Below are positions 13,880 to 25,746 of a stretch of 64,000 bases of DNA, one piece after another (position 1 is the stretch's first letter; every line of letters begins with the position of its first letter). The notes below the pieces were generated by a model that was not told the origin of the DNA, made no database searches, and saw only the letters and a list, made by a program, of their open reading frames with translations. The stretch covers positions 15,252,001-15,316,000 of the forward strand of contig NW_024704745.1 of assembly GCF_018977255.1 (NCBI RefSeq). The letters are read 5' to 3'. The stretch is from Callorhinchus milii (Eukaryota). The translations under genes were made by a program, and so were the position numbers.

Positions 13880-13929
13880 TTTTTAACAAGTATCAGTTCA
13901 TCATCGCATATCCTTTCTTGAACCACCTC
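13880..13929 (-). pseudogene. TCP1: TCP1 exon 9, 3' half only
   Basis: EVVQERICDDELILVK(N) with AA|gtaagg donor, in phase with the next exon; 5' part replaced by the 16-bp repeat and an L2. Confidence 0.88.
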
Positions 13930-13989
13930 CGGTCCTGGCAAGGACCGGCCCTGGCAGGGAGCGGCCCTGGCAGGGACCCGCCCTGGCAG

Positions 13990-14925
13990 GGATCGTGGGA
14001 CCAGAGGTTGTGGGCAGAGATGCTGGAGGCCCAACTCGTGATGGTGGGGTGGGTCGGGCAATAGACATGGTGCAGGCCGGAGCCTGCTGAGCGGAAGGAG
14101 CTTACAGGTCGGAGACGTAGGAGGGGGAAAGATCATGGAAGGCATTAAAGGTGAGGGCCAGAGTTTTGAATTCGATCCTCTGAGGGATGGGGAGCCAGTG
14201 GAGCTGGGCGAGGGTGGGTGTGACTGGGTCATGGAATCTGGTGCGGGAGAGAACACAAGCTGCAGAGTTCTGGATAATCCGCAGCATGTGGAGGGAAAAG
14301 TTGGGAAGGCCGACCAGCAGGGCATTGGCATAGTGGAGCATGGTTGCAATGAAGGCATGTATGAGGGTTTCGGCGGCCTGAGGCAGTGGCAGACTCGGAC
14401 AATGTTACGGAGGTGAGGGAAGGCAGAGCGGGTCATGGCACGGATGTGGGGGAGAAAGGACAGTTGAGGGTCAAACACGATGCCTAGGTTCCTAAGTGGC
14501 TTCATGAGATGGAGTGTGCATCTGTGGATGCTAATGCTGCCGGTGCTGAGGGTGCGGAGGCGCTGGCGTGAGCCAATCAGGAGAGCCTCGGTCTTGCTGT
14601 CGATGAACGGTAGAAAGTTGGCTAGATCAATGGTCCTGGGGTCAAGGATGGAGGCAGAGAGATAGAGTTGGGTATCATCCGCCTAAATGTGGAAATTGAC
14701 CCCATGTCTGCGGATGTTGTCACCAAGTGGGAGCATGTACAGGTAGAAGAACAGAGGACAGAGCTCCGAGGAACACTGCAAGAGATGGTGCGTGGGCTGG
14801 AGGAGAAGCATTTTGTGGAGATAAAGTGGAGCCAGTGTTAGAGATAGGATCTAAACCATTCAAGGACAGAACCTCGAAGGTTATGGTGAGAGAAGAGGTG
14901 GTGGAGGAGGATAGAGTGGTCCACA
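13990..14925 (-). mobile_element. L2-type LINE ORF2 fragment (RT to C-terminus), degenerate
   Basis: RNLGIVFDPQLSF, IQNSAACVL, LHWLPIPQRIEFK; degenerate ADDTQLY near 14670. Confidence 0.85.
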
Positions 14926-15825
14926 ATATAATATATTATTTATATATAATAATATTAGTTCATTTGTCATCATTATTGTATAAGATCTATTACTTTTTAA
15001 ATATTTTTTATTATTATTGCTGTACCATTCTTCTTGTATCAAACTCTGCACGCTAATCATCTCAATGCTCGCCAGACTTTACTGGCTCCCTATCTCTGAA
15101 ACGATCGATTTCAAGATCCCCACCCTCACATACATATCCCTTCAACCCCTACCATCTCATACCTCCCAGATTTGCTCATACCCCACTCCTCTGCCCTCCC
15201 TTTCACTCAACTGGCCTGTTGCATGATCCCCAATACCTCCACACCACCAGTGGTAGCCAAGCCTGTACCCACTGAACAATGATTCAACCTCACACCAAGG
15301 TGGAGTTTGACAGAGAGGCCAGGGAGGTTGAGCAGGTCAGAGCCAGAGTGAGGAAATCTTTGCAGTATCTCAGGAGATGACTTCTCTCTTGACCGTGAAT
15401 AGTTGAAGGACATTTTGGGACATCCAATCTTTGATAACCAATAGAGAAATGGACTAATGTCAATTCACCTGGTATCAAGAGTAGCGCCCTGAGATGTCTT
15501 CCGGCGTGGAGGGCGCTATATCAATCCAAGTTGTTGTTGTTGTTCAAGAGTAGTCCTCGAGGTCCATGTCTAACGCCAGATACAAGGCTTGCTCAACAAC
15601 AGCTGCTTAATCCAAACCCTCGTGCAGTAGCAAGGCAGGTCAATGTTGGAACTGGAACACAGACATTTTTTGGACAGTAGATGCTTTATGCACACATTGC
15701 GAAAATTCTGTCCCTTTCTCACCTCCTACACCCTCTCTTTGCCAATGTGTCTGTAGACATATGAAATCCCCATAATTTTAATGTTTTAATTCTTGTGGAT
15801 TGAAGTGACCAAATTTTTTTTTGAG

Positions 15826-15939
15826 GATTATCAGGCGTGTGGACTAAGGTAACTTGCCCAAGGTTTCGCTGTGCCGGGAATCGAACCCAGGTCTCTTGCT
15901 TGAGAGGCGAGTGCTCTAACCACTGAGCTACAGGACTCC
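15826..15939 (-). mobile_element. SINE tRNA-derived head fragment
   Basis: Reverse complement of the SINE head with gttcgattcc B box. Confidence 0.75.
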
Positions 15940-17206
15940 TACGTATAGCGCCTTATTATGTCTTCAGTACGTCTCAACGAAGTGAATTGACTGTATATTT
16001 TATGAGCAAAACACTTTAGCCATTTGCGCACAGCAGTGTGCCACAAACAGTCATGGAATGAGTAACCAATTTTTTTTAAGGGATTATTGTTCCCGAAAAA
16101 GCGATCCACCAATCGACTAACAACTGGGTTCTTACTTACTGCTAGGTAAACAGAGGCATGTGGAGAAAGGAAACTTGCCTAACGTTTCACCTTGCCTGGG
16201 AATCAAACCCAGGTCCTCTCACTTGCGATATGAGTGCGCTAAGCAATATACTACAGGACTCCACTTGATACTGATCGGTCAGAACAGTAGAGGTCCTGGC
16301 ATCAAGGGCGAATGCAAACTACATCTCCCGGGCACAAAATGGTTAGGAAACTAGCATCAGCAAATTGTCTGTAAATAATTACAAAAGCCTTCAACAAATT
16401 GCTGGAAAAAATAAGCCCCTCTACCCCCTCCTCTGGCCTCCAGTCAACCATTTCCACATTGTTGATCCTGTTCCCAACATCTTTGTCCTCCCTTATTCTT
16501 TGAATGAAGCCACCACCCACTCCTCGAACATATAGCCACATCTCTCTGGCCACCCAAACTCCCTTCTTCACACCTTTGCTAGCCAATCATTACTCTGCTT
16601 CTCCACTGGTACAGCACTCCCCGCCTTTCAAAACCACTGTCATCACCTTCTCCTGATGAAACCGTCACTTGACCCTTCTCTGCTCTCCAGTTACCGAACG
16701 ATCTCCAACTTGCCCTTCCTATCCAAAGCCCTGGAATGAGTTGTCACCTCCCAGCTTCACTTCTTCCTTGCAAGGTGGAACCCTCAAAGTGAGAATTCTG
16801 CCCAGACACGTGAAAATTTCCATGTGTAGGTGGCATACATATATGGAATTCTCAGTGTGGTTGGATACTTTCCAGCGTGGTGATGGGTTTCTGCACGCTT
16901 TAGACACTTTGCTGAAAAAGCCAAATTTCATTGTAATAAGAATAATAATACTTGCATTTGCTTATAGCTCCTTTTGTGTCTGGAATCTCAAAGCCCTTCA
17001 CTGGATATATTGTAAAGTGTAGTGACTGAGTATTTTGTAGAGGAATGCGCCAGTGGGTTTTGTCTGCTGTAGATTAGCGATTGCATTTATTTACACAACT
17101 AAAGTTACCATTCTTTGTAAATCATTGTGTGAAGCATTCCAACACAGAGTACCACATCAATTTTAATGCCTGTTTTGTTATTTATTCCCTTTTGTTTCCT
17201 CTTTAG

Positions 17207-17509
17207 TTGCTCCCACTGTTGTCATAGAACCGTATCCAGACATCCCTGTGGCTGACAGTGGAGAAAGCACCATAGCCACCTGTCTAGCAAAAAATGCAAA
17301 GCCAGCCGCTTCTATACATTGGAAAGGTCCTTTCATTGTCAGTTTTACTCAGAGTGCCACACGTCCTGCTCCTGATGGAACTGTAAACGTCTCAAGCCCA
17401 CTTCGTCTATCTGCAACCAGAGAGATGAATGGACAGTACGTTTACTGTGTGGTGGAACATCCAGCACTGAAGACTGCTGAACAATTGGGTTATCAGTTAA
17501 ACATTCATT
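17207..17509 (+). CDS. Nectin/PVR-like Ig C2-set domain exon (orphan)
   Basis: 303-nt phase 1-1 exon APTVVIEPYPDIPVADSGESTIATCLAKNAKPAASIHW...DGTVNVSSPLRLSATREMNGQYVYCVVEHPAL, with Ig Cys-Trp-Cys and the nectin-type CxxxxxKPAAxIxW motif. Confidence 0.82.
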
Positions 17510-19475
17510 GTATGTATAACCATCTCTTCCTACACTGTTTTAACGTCCGGTTCAGTAAATACACAGTTTAGTAACACTTGTTAATGCCATTTTAGTAAAT
17601 ACACATAATAGAAGTAACAGTTGTTAATGCTGCTGTTTCTCCTTTCAACTTTCCAGTCAGTTTTCAGTTACATCATCAAATCTTGGAGGAGTTTTAAATT
17701 TCTGGGGTAAGGTTTTCATACATAGCTCCCATCCACACCTTCTCAACTCAGTCATTGACCTCATTGACCTGCACATTGAACACTCTCTCTCTCTCTCTCT
17801 CTCGCAGGCATACAAGTTCTCATTAGTTCTACTTTCTCTGCTTAACGCTTCAAATTTTACTTCCTGCACTATTGCTCCCCACATCCCACACCTCCTGCTG
17901 AGACACTTACACCGCTTCCAAACTCAACTATTGCAACAACCTACTGCTCCGCAGATCCTCAGCTGCTTCCGACACAAGTTACAGACCATCCAGAACTCTG
18001 CAGCGTGTGGCATCTCCTGGAGCAGGCTCTGTGAGCACATCAGCCCATCCTCACTCAGCTTCACTCGTTTCCTTTCTGCTCCCTTTCAAATGTCTCCATG
18101 GCCTACCATCACCCCACCTCTTCTATCGCTTGTGTTCCATTCTTGTTCTTGTGCTCAGCAAATTTTGCCAGCTTCACCTATCCCTCTCTGAAACTCCATC
18201 CTTGTGTCCCTGCATCTTGTCTCATGCTTCCCTGTTTGCTCATCTTTTGTACTATAGTACTGACCAAGTGAAAAGTCAAATTCTCTCTCTGTCGCATGCA
18301 CACAACAATTATGCATGCATCTCAGGCTTATTGAGATATTCTTTATTACATGAAAGATTTGGAAAATTATGAGATTCCAATTTTATAGTCAATTACACCA
18401 ATAATGCTTTGTTTCGTGGACTGAGAATCACAGCATGTGAAGACTCGTATCACCACTAACTGAATTGAACCTATTTAACAAATGTATTTGGGTACTTGGA
18501 GCAGGCAGAGAAAGAATGTTTACCACTTTATGATCTGAATTAATGCTCTGTTCTGAAACAAAATTGAAAGATCATTGTTCTACTTACAGTATGCAATCTT
18601 TTGTCCGTCTCTTCCACCATTGTCCTGTTTTGCTTCATTGTTTATGATTTTACTAGATTCATATCAGGATAACAGTCTTTTGTTTTATTTAATAAAGTTC
18701 TACAAGAGTCTTCAAACTTTCTAGCTTTCACAGCAGAATTGTTATAGTGGAGTTTTATCTGTCTATACTTCTCTGTAGAAAACTTTTCTGAATCTTCCAA
18801 ATCTTGAATTTTGAATCGTCCTTGGAATCTACATTCTAAAACTGCTTGAAGTGTGTTAGAAACATCTCTTCAATCTCCTGGCACCAAATGGTCCAGTGAT
18901 CTCATCTGCTATTGTGTTGCAGGAGAAATTTATTTCCCTTGATATAAGTTTCCATTCTTCTTAATTGTTTTTGGTACCTTTTACAGATTGATTTAGACTG
19001 TTTTTACTTCATGTCTGGTTAATATTAAACTGACTTCTTTATAAACCTATTGTGTTGACAGAACAATGGCATTTTGATTGAGCAATCAACAAACCTTTGG
19101 CATTTGAATAACTTGACCAAATTCACCCCTTTTACAACTTGAATTCAGCTTTTCTGAGCCACAAATTTAAGTTGGACTTTTCCTTCCGCTTAGTTTTTAG
19201 AATAATAATCCTTGCACTTGATGTAGCACTTTATCATATCATTGTTTCCAAAAAGTTACACAGCTTATTTGTAAGGCTTAGTGACTTCATTTGTAGTCAA
19301 ATACGGCAGTCAATTTGTTTGTAGGAATGTCCCACACACAGCCATGAATTGAATGATCATTTTTTGTTATTTGGGAGATTATTGGCCAGGACACTGGGAG
19401 AAGGTCCCTTCTCTTGTTGAATATTGCCATGGAGTGTGGATTTTGAAGTGGATTTTAAAATGGTATTTTTTTCAG

Positions 19476-19581
19476 ATGTGCCATCAGTTGCCATTACAGT
19501 TGTGAAGACTGAGCAAGATAATTTACAGCTGAAATGTAATGCAGATGCTAATCCTCCATCTACAGGAATCAGATGGACAAG
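19476..19581 (+). CDS. Nectin/PVR-like third Ig domain, first half-exon
   Basis: (Y)VPSVAITVVKTEQDNLQLKCNADANPPSTGIRWT, CxADANPP motif; in phase with the previous exon; ag/gtgag. Confidence 0.8.
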
Positions 19582-19951
19582 GTGAGGAAATGTCTCTGTT
19601 ATAGTGACTGGGCTTATTTTTGGTCATCTTGATGTTTGTCACATATGGAAACCTATCACCATGCTTAACAGTATCCGAATCAGAGTTCCAATTATGAATG
19701 CCACTTACAAATGGAAAGTTTTGAAATTGCCTTTACACTTATAAGCACCGAGCTCAAATTCAGTGCCGACTGAGAAAATTGAACTTTTCTGTCTCTGCTG
19801 ACTAGAAGAGCACCAGTGACACTGACCTGTGTCCATTTCCAAGGGAAATTAAAATGATAATAATCCTTGCATTTGATATAGCGCTTCATCACGTATTCAA
19901 GATGTCTCAAAGCGCTTCACAGAATATAGTGTAAAGTGAATTGACTGGAAA

Positions 19952-21290
19952 CAATAGAGCCTCACTAATCCGGTCACTCAAGTGGCTGGTATAAGTGGCC
20001 TACTTAGTGAGGTGACCTGACTACTGAAACAGGCCGGGTGATTCAGGTCATTGATGTAATGTTAAGGGCATTGGTAATGGGCAAAGGTGATGAACATTCA
20101 ACAACCTTACTTTGCAATTTCATTAAACTAAAGGCATTGTCACATTTAAAACAGATCTTAGGTTTCATAATTTAAAGTTCACACAAGAGGTTAAAATCAC
20201 ACAATATGTTCATTTCTTGAAGAAAGAGTCCAGCATTGTTTGCCTGGCGGCTGATTAACCTGCACTGCCTTGGCCAACCATTGACACTCAGCATGAGCCA
20301 AAGTCTGCCACGAGTCGAGTCCATGATCAAGGCAAAAGTCCTTCACTTGTCCCAACAAACCCAGTGCAGCATCATAAGTGAGAGGGTTCTTTGATGTTGT
20401 TGGTTGCCCTTCCCGTTCGTTCTCCTGTTCCTTAGTGTCCCTGGTTCCTGGTAGAAACTCCTCCAATGGACATTACTGCCATCCCTCATTCAATTCCTCA
20501 GTGGAGGGCACATCACTGCCAATGGCTACATTCTCCTCGGCACTGAGGATAGGGTTGTCCAGTGACAGGCACTGACTGGCCTGAGCCAACAAATGGGCAC
20601 ATCATCATCAGGCTCATCCACACTAAAGCCAGCCTTGGCAAAATACTTCTCTACTATTGATCTACACCCCACATGTTGACTGCTGAATCAATCCAGATGA
20701 CTGCATGAAGAACATTGATGGATTGCTTCCCACCAGTGCAGCCATCATCACAAACTGAAAGGCTCCTGTCAGGGAGAGCCCTGAAAACAACACCAGATTC
20801 ATCCATGTTAAATATGTCCTTGGGTGCACAACCAACTGTAATCATAGGGAATTTATCCATCCAGTTGTTAACAGCAGCAGGCTCAATGTCACCCTTTTCC
20901 CCAGACACAATTGCAGACCCAATGTTGTGTCTGGACTTGAAATGGACAAGCCAGCCATTTGATGCCTTGAAGCCAGTCTGGCCAAGTGATGCTGCAAAGC
21001 TGAGTGTTTTCTCCTGTATCATAGGGCCAGACACAGGCATGTTGAGACCACTGGCACGCTGGAACCACTCCCATGTAGGTTTATGAATGTCCTCAAACTG
21101 AAAGTTCAAACACACACATTTTCTATCAGTTTGTTGAATTTCTTCAAAAGCTGTGATGTATTCAGCCTTCCTTTTCAGAATGCATCCAACTTGTGTTCCA
21201 CCAATGCCATAGATAACAACAAACTGTCTATGACTTTTGCCCTCACTATTTTTGATTAAGTCCACTCCCTCACGCGAGGACAACTCCATC
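19952..21290 (-). mobile_element. Tigger/pogo DNA transposon remnant, internally deleted
   Basis: CENP-B-type HTH (PVSGPMIQEK, FKASNGWL) and IFNMDESG start of the DDE domain, then jumps to the C-terminal part; TIR-like caatagagcctcactaatccgg at the left end. Confidence 0.85.
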
Positions 21291-21294
21291 TGTG

Positions 21295-21529
21295 GTAAAG
21301 TGAATTGACTGTATATTAGTGGGCAAAACACAGCAGCCAATTGTGCACAGCAGTGTCCCACAAACAGGTGTGGATTGAAGTGACCGATATTAATATTGTT
21401 TTTTTCTTGAGGGATTATTATCAGGCGTGTGGAATAAGGAAACTTGCCCACGGTTTCGCACTGCCAGGAATCAAACTCAGGGCTCTCGCTTGTGAGGCGA
21501 GTGTTCTAACCACTGAGCTACAGGTCTCC
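21295..21529 (-). mobile_element. 5' part of a Deu-domain SINE (3' part at 19858-19947)
   Basis: Head and central domain here; tail on the other side of the Tigger fragment. Confidence 0.75.
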
Positions 21530-22048
21530 TGTATATATAGAAGATATATACATATCATTTACACATTACAAAAGACTGCAAGAATACGGTAATCGTGATA
21601 ATGCCCCAGACAGAGTGACCAATGCTGGAATCAGCAACTTTATTGGCTGTTCACGATTTGCAGCTTTTCTCCCACCTAATTATTCTTCTCAGGCTTTGTC
21701 AGAACAATTATTCATTCCCCAGTGCTCTCTTCTTCAATTCTGCTAATTGTCGCCAAACTACTTTTTCAATTTAGTGGTTTTAATCTTCTTGAAAGAAAAC
21801 TCCCCAAAAGAGTGCAATTTAGATAGGAGCTGCATATGAAATGGTCTACAGAAGTGGTTATAAAAAGCAGCAGGAAGTATAAAGCGCACCGGATGCTGTG
21901 ATGGGGGAGGGTTTCTGGAGGATGAGATCAGATGGTCGAAAGGCCTTCTTCATTCAAATCGATCTTGTGATGCCTGGACTGAGCTGACAAAATACTCAGC
22001 ACTGTAACTAAAAGTAGAAGCACTGGGGATTTGTCAGGGGCCGGGCCT

Positions 22049-22081
22049 GTTCATCATCGCATATCCTTTCTTGAACTACCT
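22049..22081 (-). pseudogene. TCP1: 33-bp duplicate of the TCP1 exon 9 fragment
   Basis: 32/33 identical to 13896-13928 (VVQERICDDE). Confidence 0.8.
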
Positions 22082-22082
22082 G

Positions 22083-22310
22083 ACCGGCCCTTGCAGGGAC
22101 CGGCCCCTGCAGGGACCGGCCCCTGCAGGGACCGGCCCCTGCAGGGACCGGCCCCTGCAGGGACCGGCCCCTGCAGGGACCTTGCAGGGACCGGCCCCTG
22201 CAGGGACCGGCCCCTGCAGGGACCGGCCCCTGCAGGGACCGGCCCCTGCAGGGACCGGCCCCTGCAGGGACCGGCCCCTGCAGGGACCGGGCCCTCGCAG
22301 GGACCGGCCC
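22083..22310. repeat. 16-bp minisatellite GCAGGGACCGGCCCCT
   Basis: About 14 units seen directly. Confidence 0.95.
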
Positions 22311-22339
22311 AAGGGTGGGGTGATTGGCAAGGAGGGCGT

Positions 22340-22600
22340 GTCGGGGCGGGGCGGGTGACTCGCGGGGCGGGGCGGGTGACTGGCAGGGAGGGCGGGGCGG
22401 GGCGGGTGACTGGCAGGGAGGGCGGGGCGGGGCGTGGCGGGTGACTGGCAGGGAGGGCGGGGCGGGTGACTGGCAGGGAGGGCGGGGCGGGTGACTGGCA
22501 GGGAGGGCGGGGCGGGTGACTGGCAGGGAGGGCGGGGCGGGTGACTGGCAGGGAGGGCGGGGCGGGGCGGGTGACTGGCAGGGAGGGCGGGGCGGGGCGG
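22340..22600 (+). promoter_or_regulatory. GC-box (GGGCGG) minisatellite, putative ACAT2 promoter; repeated at about 39725-39900, 47775-48043 and 58125-58514
   Basis: 25/30-bp units gggtgactggcagggagggcggggc(ggggc), preceded by tgattgg (inverted CCAAT), directly upstream of the ACAT2 exon 1 homologue. Confidence 0.6.
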
Positions 22601-22648
22601 ATTTCCTGGTGCCCCCCCCCCCCCGCCTCCTGCACTCGGTGCAGCGCT

Positions 22649-22700
22649 GTGAGTGGGAAAGACGCTGTTGTGATCCTCTCCGCAGCGAGAACCCCAATAG
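22649..22700 (+). pseudogene. ACAT2: ACAT2 exon 1 copy 1 (GTG at the expected start)
   Basis: VSGKDAVVILSAARTPI(G) matches the thiolase N-terminus VVIVSAARTxIG; phase-1 donor AG|gtaaca. Confidence 0.8.
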
Positions 22701-25195
22701 GTAACACAGAGAGAGCAGCGCCACAGACGGGCAGCGGGTGGGGACCCCCGGACACTGGGGGGGACCCCCGGACACTGGGGGGGGACCCCCGGACACTGGG
22801 GGTGTGTGTGTGTGTGTGTGGAGGCGCTGTAAGGTTTGCATTTAAGTACTGGAAATTCATTGCATTTCCCTCTGTTTTCTAACCTCTCTGAGGATCTGTG
22901 GCGTTTAGTTCTAAGGCTACCAACTGCCCTCCAGTAATAACTCAATCCAAGTCACAGGTGTGTTAGTTGCTTCTTTATTTTGTCTTTCCAAACTCTCAGT
23001 AAAGCACCACTTTACATCACACATTCTTTGTTCTCACTCCCAGTATCCTTTTATACTTTCTTTCATTGGCTCCTGTTAATTGATCCCAATTGAGTATTCA
23101 ACAGACATGAGCTGCAGAGTTCCGGATGATTTGCAGTTTGTGGAGGGAAAAGTTGGGATGGCTGACAAGCAGGGAGTTGGCATAGTCAAGCCTGGATGTG
23201 AAGAACGGGTGAATTAAGCTTACACTATAGAGGGTTACATTATAGACAATATATCTCATGTAAAGATTATTATTCTAAACCTGTATTGATGTCCATCCTA
23301 GGTCAGGCAATAGGGAGGAGTACTTAGCTGGGAATGAAGGTTTATTGGAGGGAATTGTTAGTAGCAGGCATCACTGTATTCTGTTTGGTGATGAGTTTAT
23401 TGTCTTCTGATAATCTCCATATGTCTTTCTTCCTTCAATTCCTGTCCATCTCCCATCACTCTGCCTATGTGTGAGAATGCGTGTGTCTCTTTCATGAGTC
23501 TTTATCTTTTAATTTTGTCTGTCTCCTGCAAATTGTGAGCTATATTCATTTGTTCTTTCTCATTTTTCATTCTCTTTTCCCTCACTCACTCTCTCTTTCA
23601 CAGTCAGTCACATCGCTATCTCTTTCTGTATATTTAGTTAAAAATAATAATGTATTAATAATGCATTGCATTTGATACAGCACCTTATCATTCTCAAAGT
23701 ACTTCACAAAATATACTGTAAAGTGAATTGACTGTATGTTTTGCGGGTGAAACGAGGCAGCCAATTGCGCACAGCAGTGTCCTACAAACAGTCATGGATT
23801 AATACATAAAGAAAGCCTCTTTGCCTTCCAAAACTGTGGGGATTAGAGATTAATGAACAAGGTTGTTGGTATCATATCTTGGATTTTAGCAACGCAGTGA
23901 TCATTTAAGTGTGAAGCAAGATCCAATTTGTGCTTACTCATCACCTTGAGCAGATAGGCTCAGATGCATATTAGTTTGCATTGGCTGCCCTTTGAGCGTA
24001 CTTGGGCAATCCATTGAAAAGTCGCAAGATTTCAAAGGACCGTTCTTTAATGTTACAAAGAGTTGTTCTCAAGCTTCCCTGATGACCTAATGGATAAAGG
24101 GCCAGCACAAAGGTGTATAAGCAAAGATTGCAGACAGACTGAATTGATATAGACAGAACAGCAACTGGGACAGTTAATCTCAGTGCTCCTTTCACCAATT
24201 ACTAGTCTAAATTCAGTCCTCAGCACAAACTTGATGACTGAATGGTCTGCTAGAACATCGTATGTTTCTACACAGTGGGAGGAGCTGGGGATGAAACACT
24301 GATTCCTGGGACACCACTTGTCACTATAATAAATAATAATCCTTGCTTTTGTTATGGCGCTGTTCATATCAGGAAGATGGCTCAAAGTGCTTTACATGAG
24401 TTACTTAAAGCGTTGTGAAAATGATTATTTTGTAGAAAAACACAGTAGCCAATTTGTCACATCTAACATCCCATAAACAGCCATGAGGTGAATGATCAAT
24501 TTTGTCTGGGAATTTTGGCCAGGATACCGGGAGAAACTCTTTTCTCCCTGCACTTCCCTTCTTCACTGCCTTCTAATTAGAGACTGTCCATTTTATCACC
24601 AAAATTCAGCTTCCCAACTAAGTTCCTATCCATCACACACAACTGTCTCCATTTCCACGTTATTAATTCCATGTAGGAAAATGTAGGATGTGTCTGTATC
24701 CCAGCACTTGTAGTACAAACTGTTTAACAATTTGCTTCACCAGTGATATTATCCTGTTTCTGATTTCCACATTCTTTACAGTGCTATTAAAGGCTGTTTG
24801 GTAGTGTAGTAGCAATATTATGTTATCAATTACCCTGAATTACACAACAAACATTTGGTCCTGAATTCAACACATATTTTGTCTCGCTAATGCTGTACTT
24901 TTGGGATTGGGTGAATATGTTATTAGACACAGAAATGGCCAAACCGTACAAAGCTATGCCTTACTTTTCCAGATATGCAGGGTCTTGGGTATTCTTTAAA
25001 ATATTCTAGGTTTGAGTGATCACATTGTTAGTGTCATTTCTGAGCAATATACAAGTGTGCTGATATCTCTCCAACTAAAGTGAACAGTAGCATATCTAAG
25101 ATTGACTGTTCCCAGCAGATTTTACTCAGTCCAAAGCATATCTAATAAAAACAAGTTGCACAATTATATTTCCTCACACACACAATGTCAAATTA

Positions 25196-25201
25196 TTTAT
25201 T
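25196..25201 (-). terminator. Candidate polyadenylation signal for DLEU7 copy 1 (present in every unit)
   Basis: AATAAA about 550 nt after the stop, followed by a (TG)n element on the minus strand. Confidence 0.4.
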
Positions 25202-25746
25202 TTGTGTTTGCATGACATTAATTTCAGCTGAACTAGCATAGAAAAAAGGATACTTTATGAATGCCTGCAGAATTAAATTAATACAAAATCTTACCCTTTT
25301 TTCAATGTGTGTGTGGTGAATTGGCAAAAGTTGCATAAACAGTGCAATGACTTGTAAGAAGTACAGTATAAGTAACACTAAGGTGATAAGCATTTCTTAA
25401 GAATTTGAAAGTGATGCATAATTCATTGGGAACAGCTCCAGCATGTCACCAAAGGTACATGTGATGATGTCCTTACATTGATGGCCTCCTTGTTCAGATT
25501 GTTTGAACCTCAGGATCTCTCAGACTTTCCAACTAACAGCAACTTGCATTTATATAGCATCCATCACTCAGGGCAGTAACTCGGAGCATCTAAAAGTGGC
25601 GGAACCCAAACTGGGGGGAGAGAGGAGGTGACCGTAAGCACAGTCGAAGAGGAAGCGATCTAAAGAAAGGGGAAGGAGGGGGCAGGTGGGGGGATTGGGG
25701 AGAGAGAGTTCCAAAGCTTTGGGGGCAAATAACACATTATCTTACA

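Noticed and set aside
24973-25009. Small plus-strand coding exon (DMQGLGYSLKYS)
   Set aside because: Acceptor is plausible but the donor is weak and no homology is recognisable; kept only as a possible non-coding acceptor
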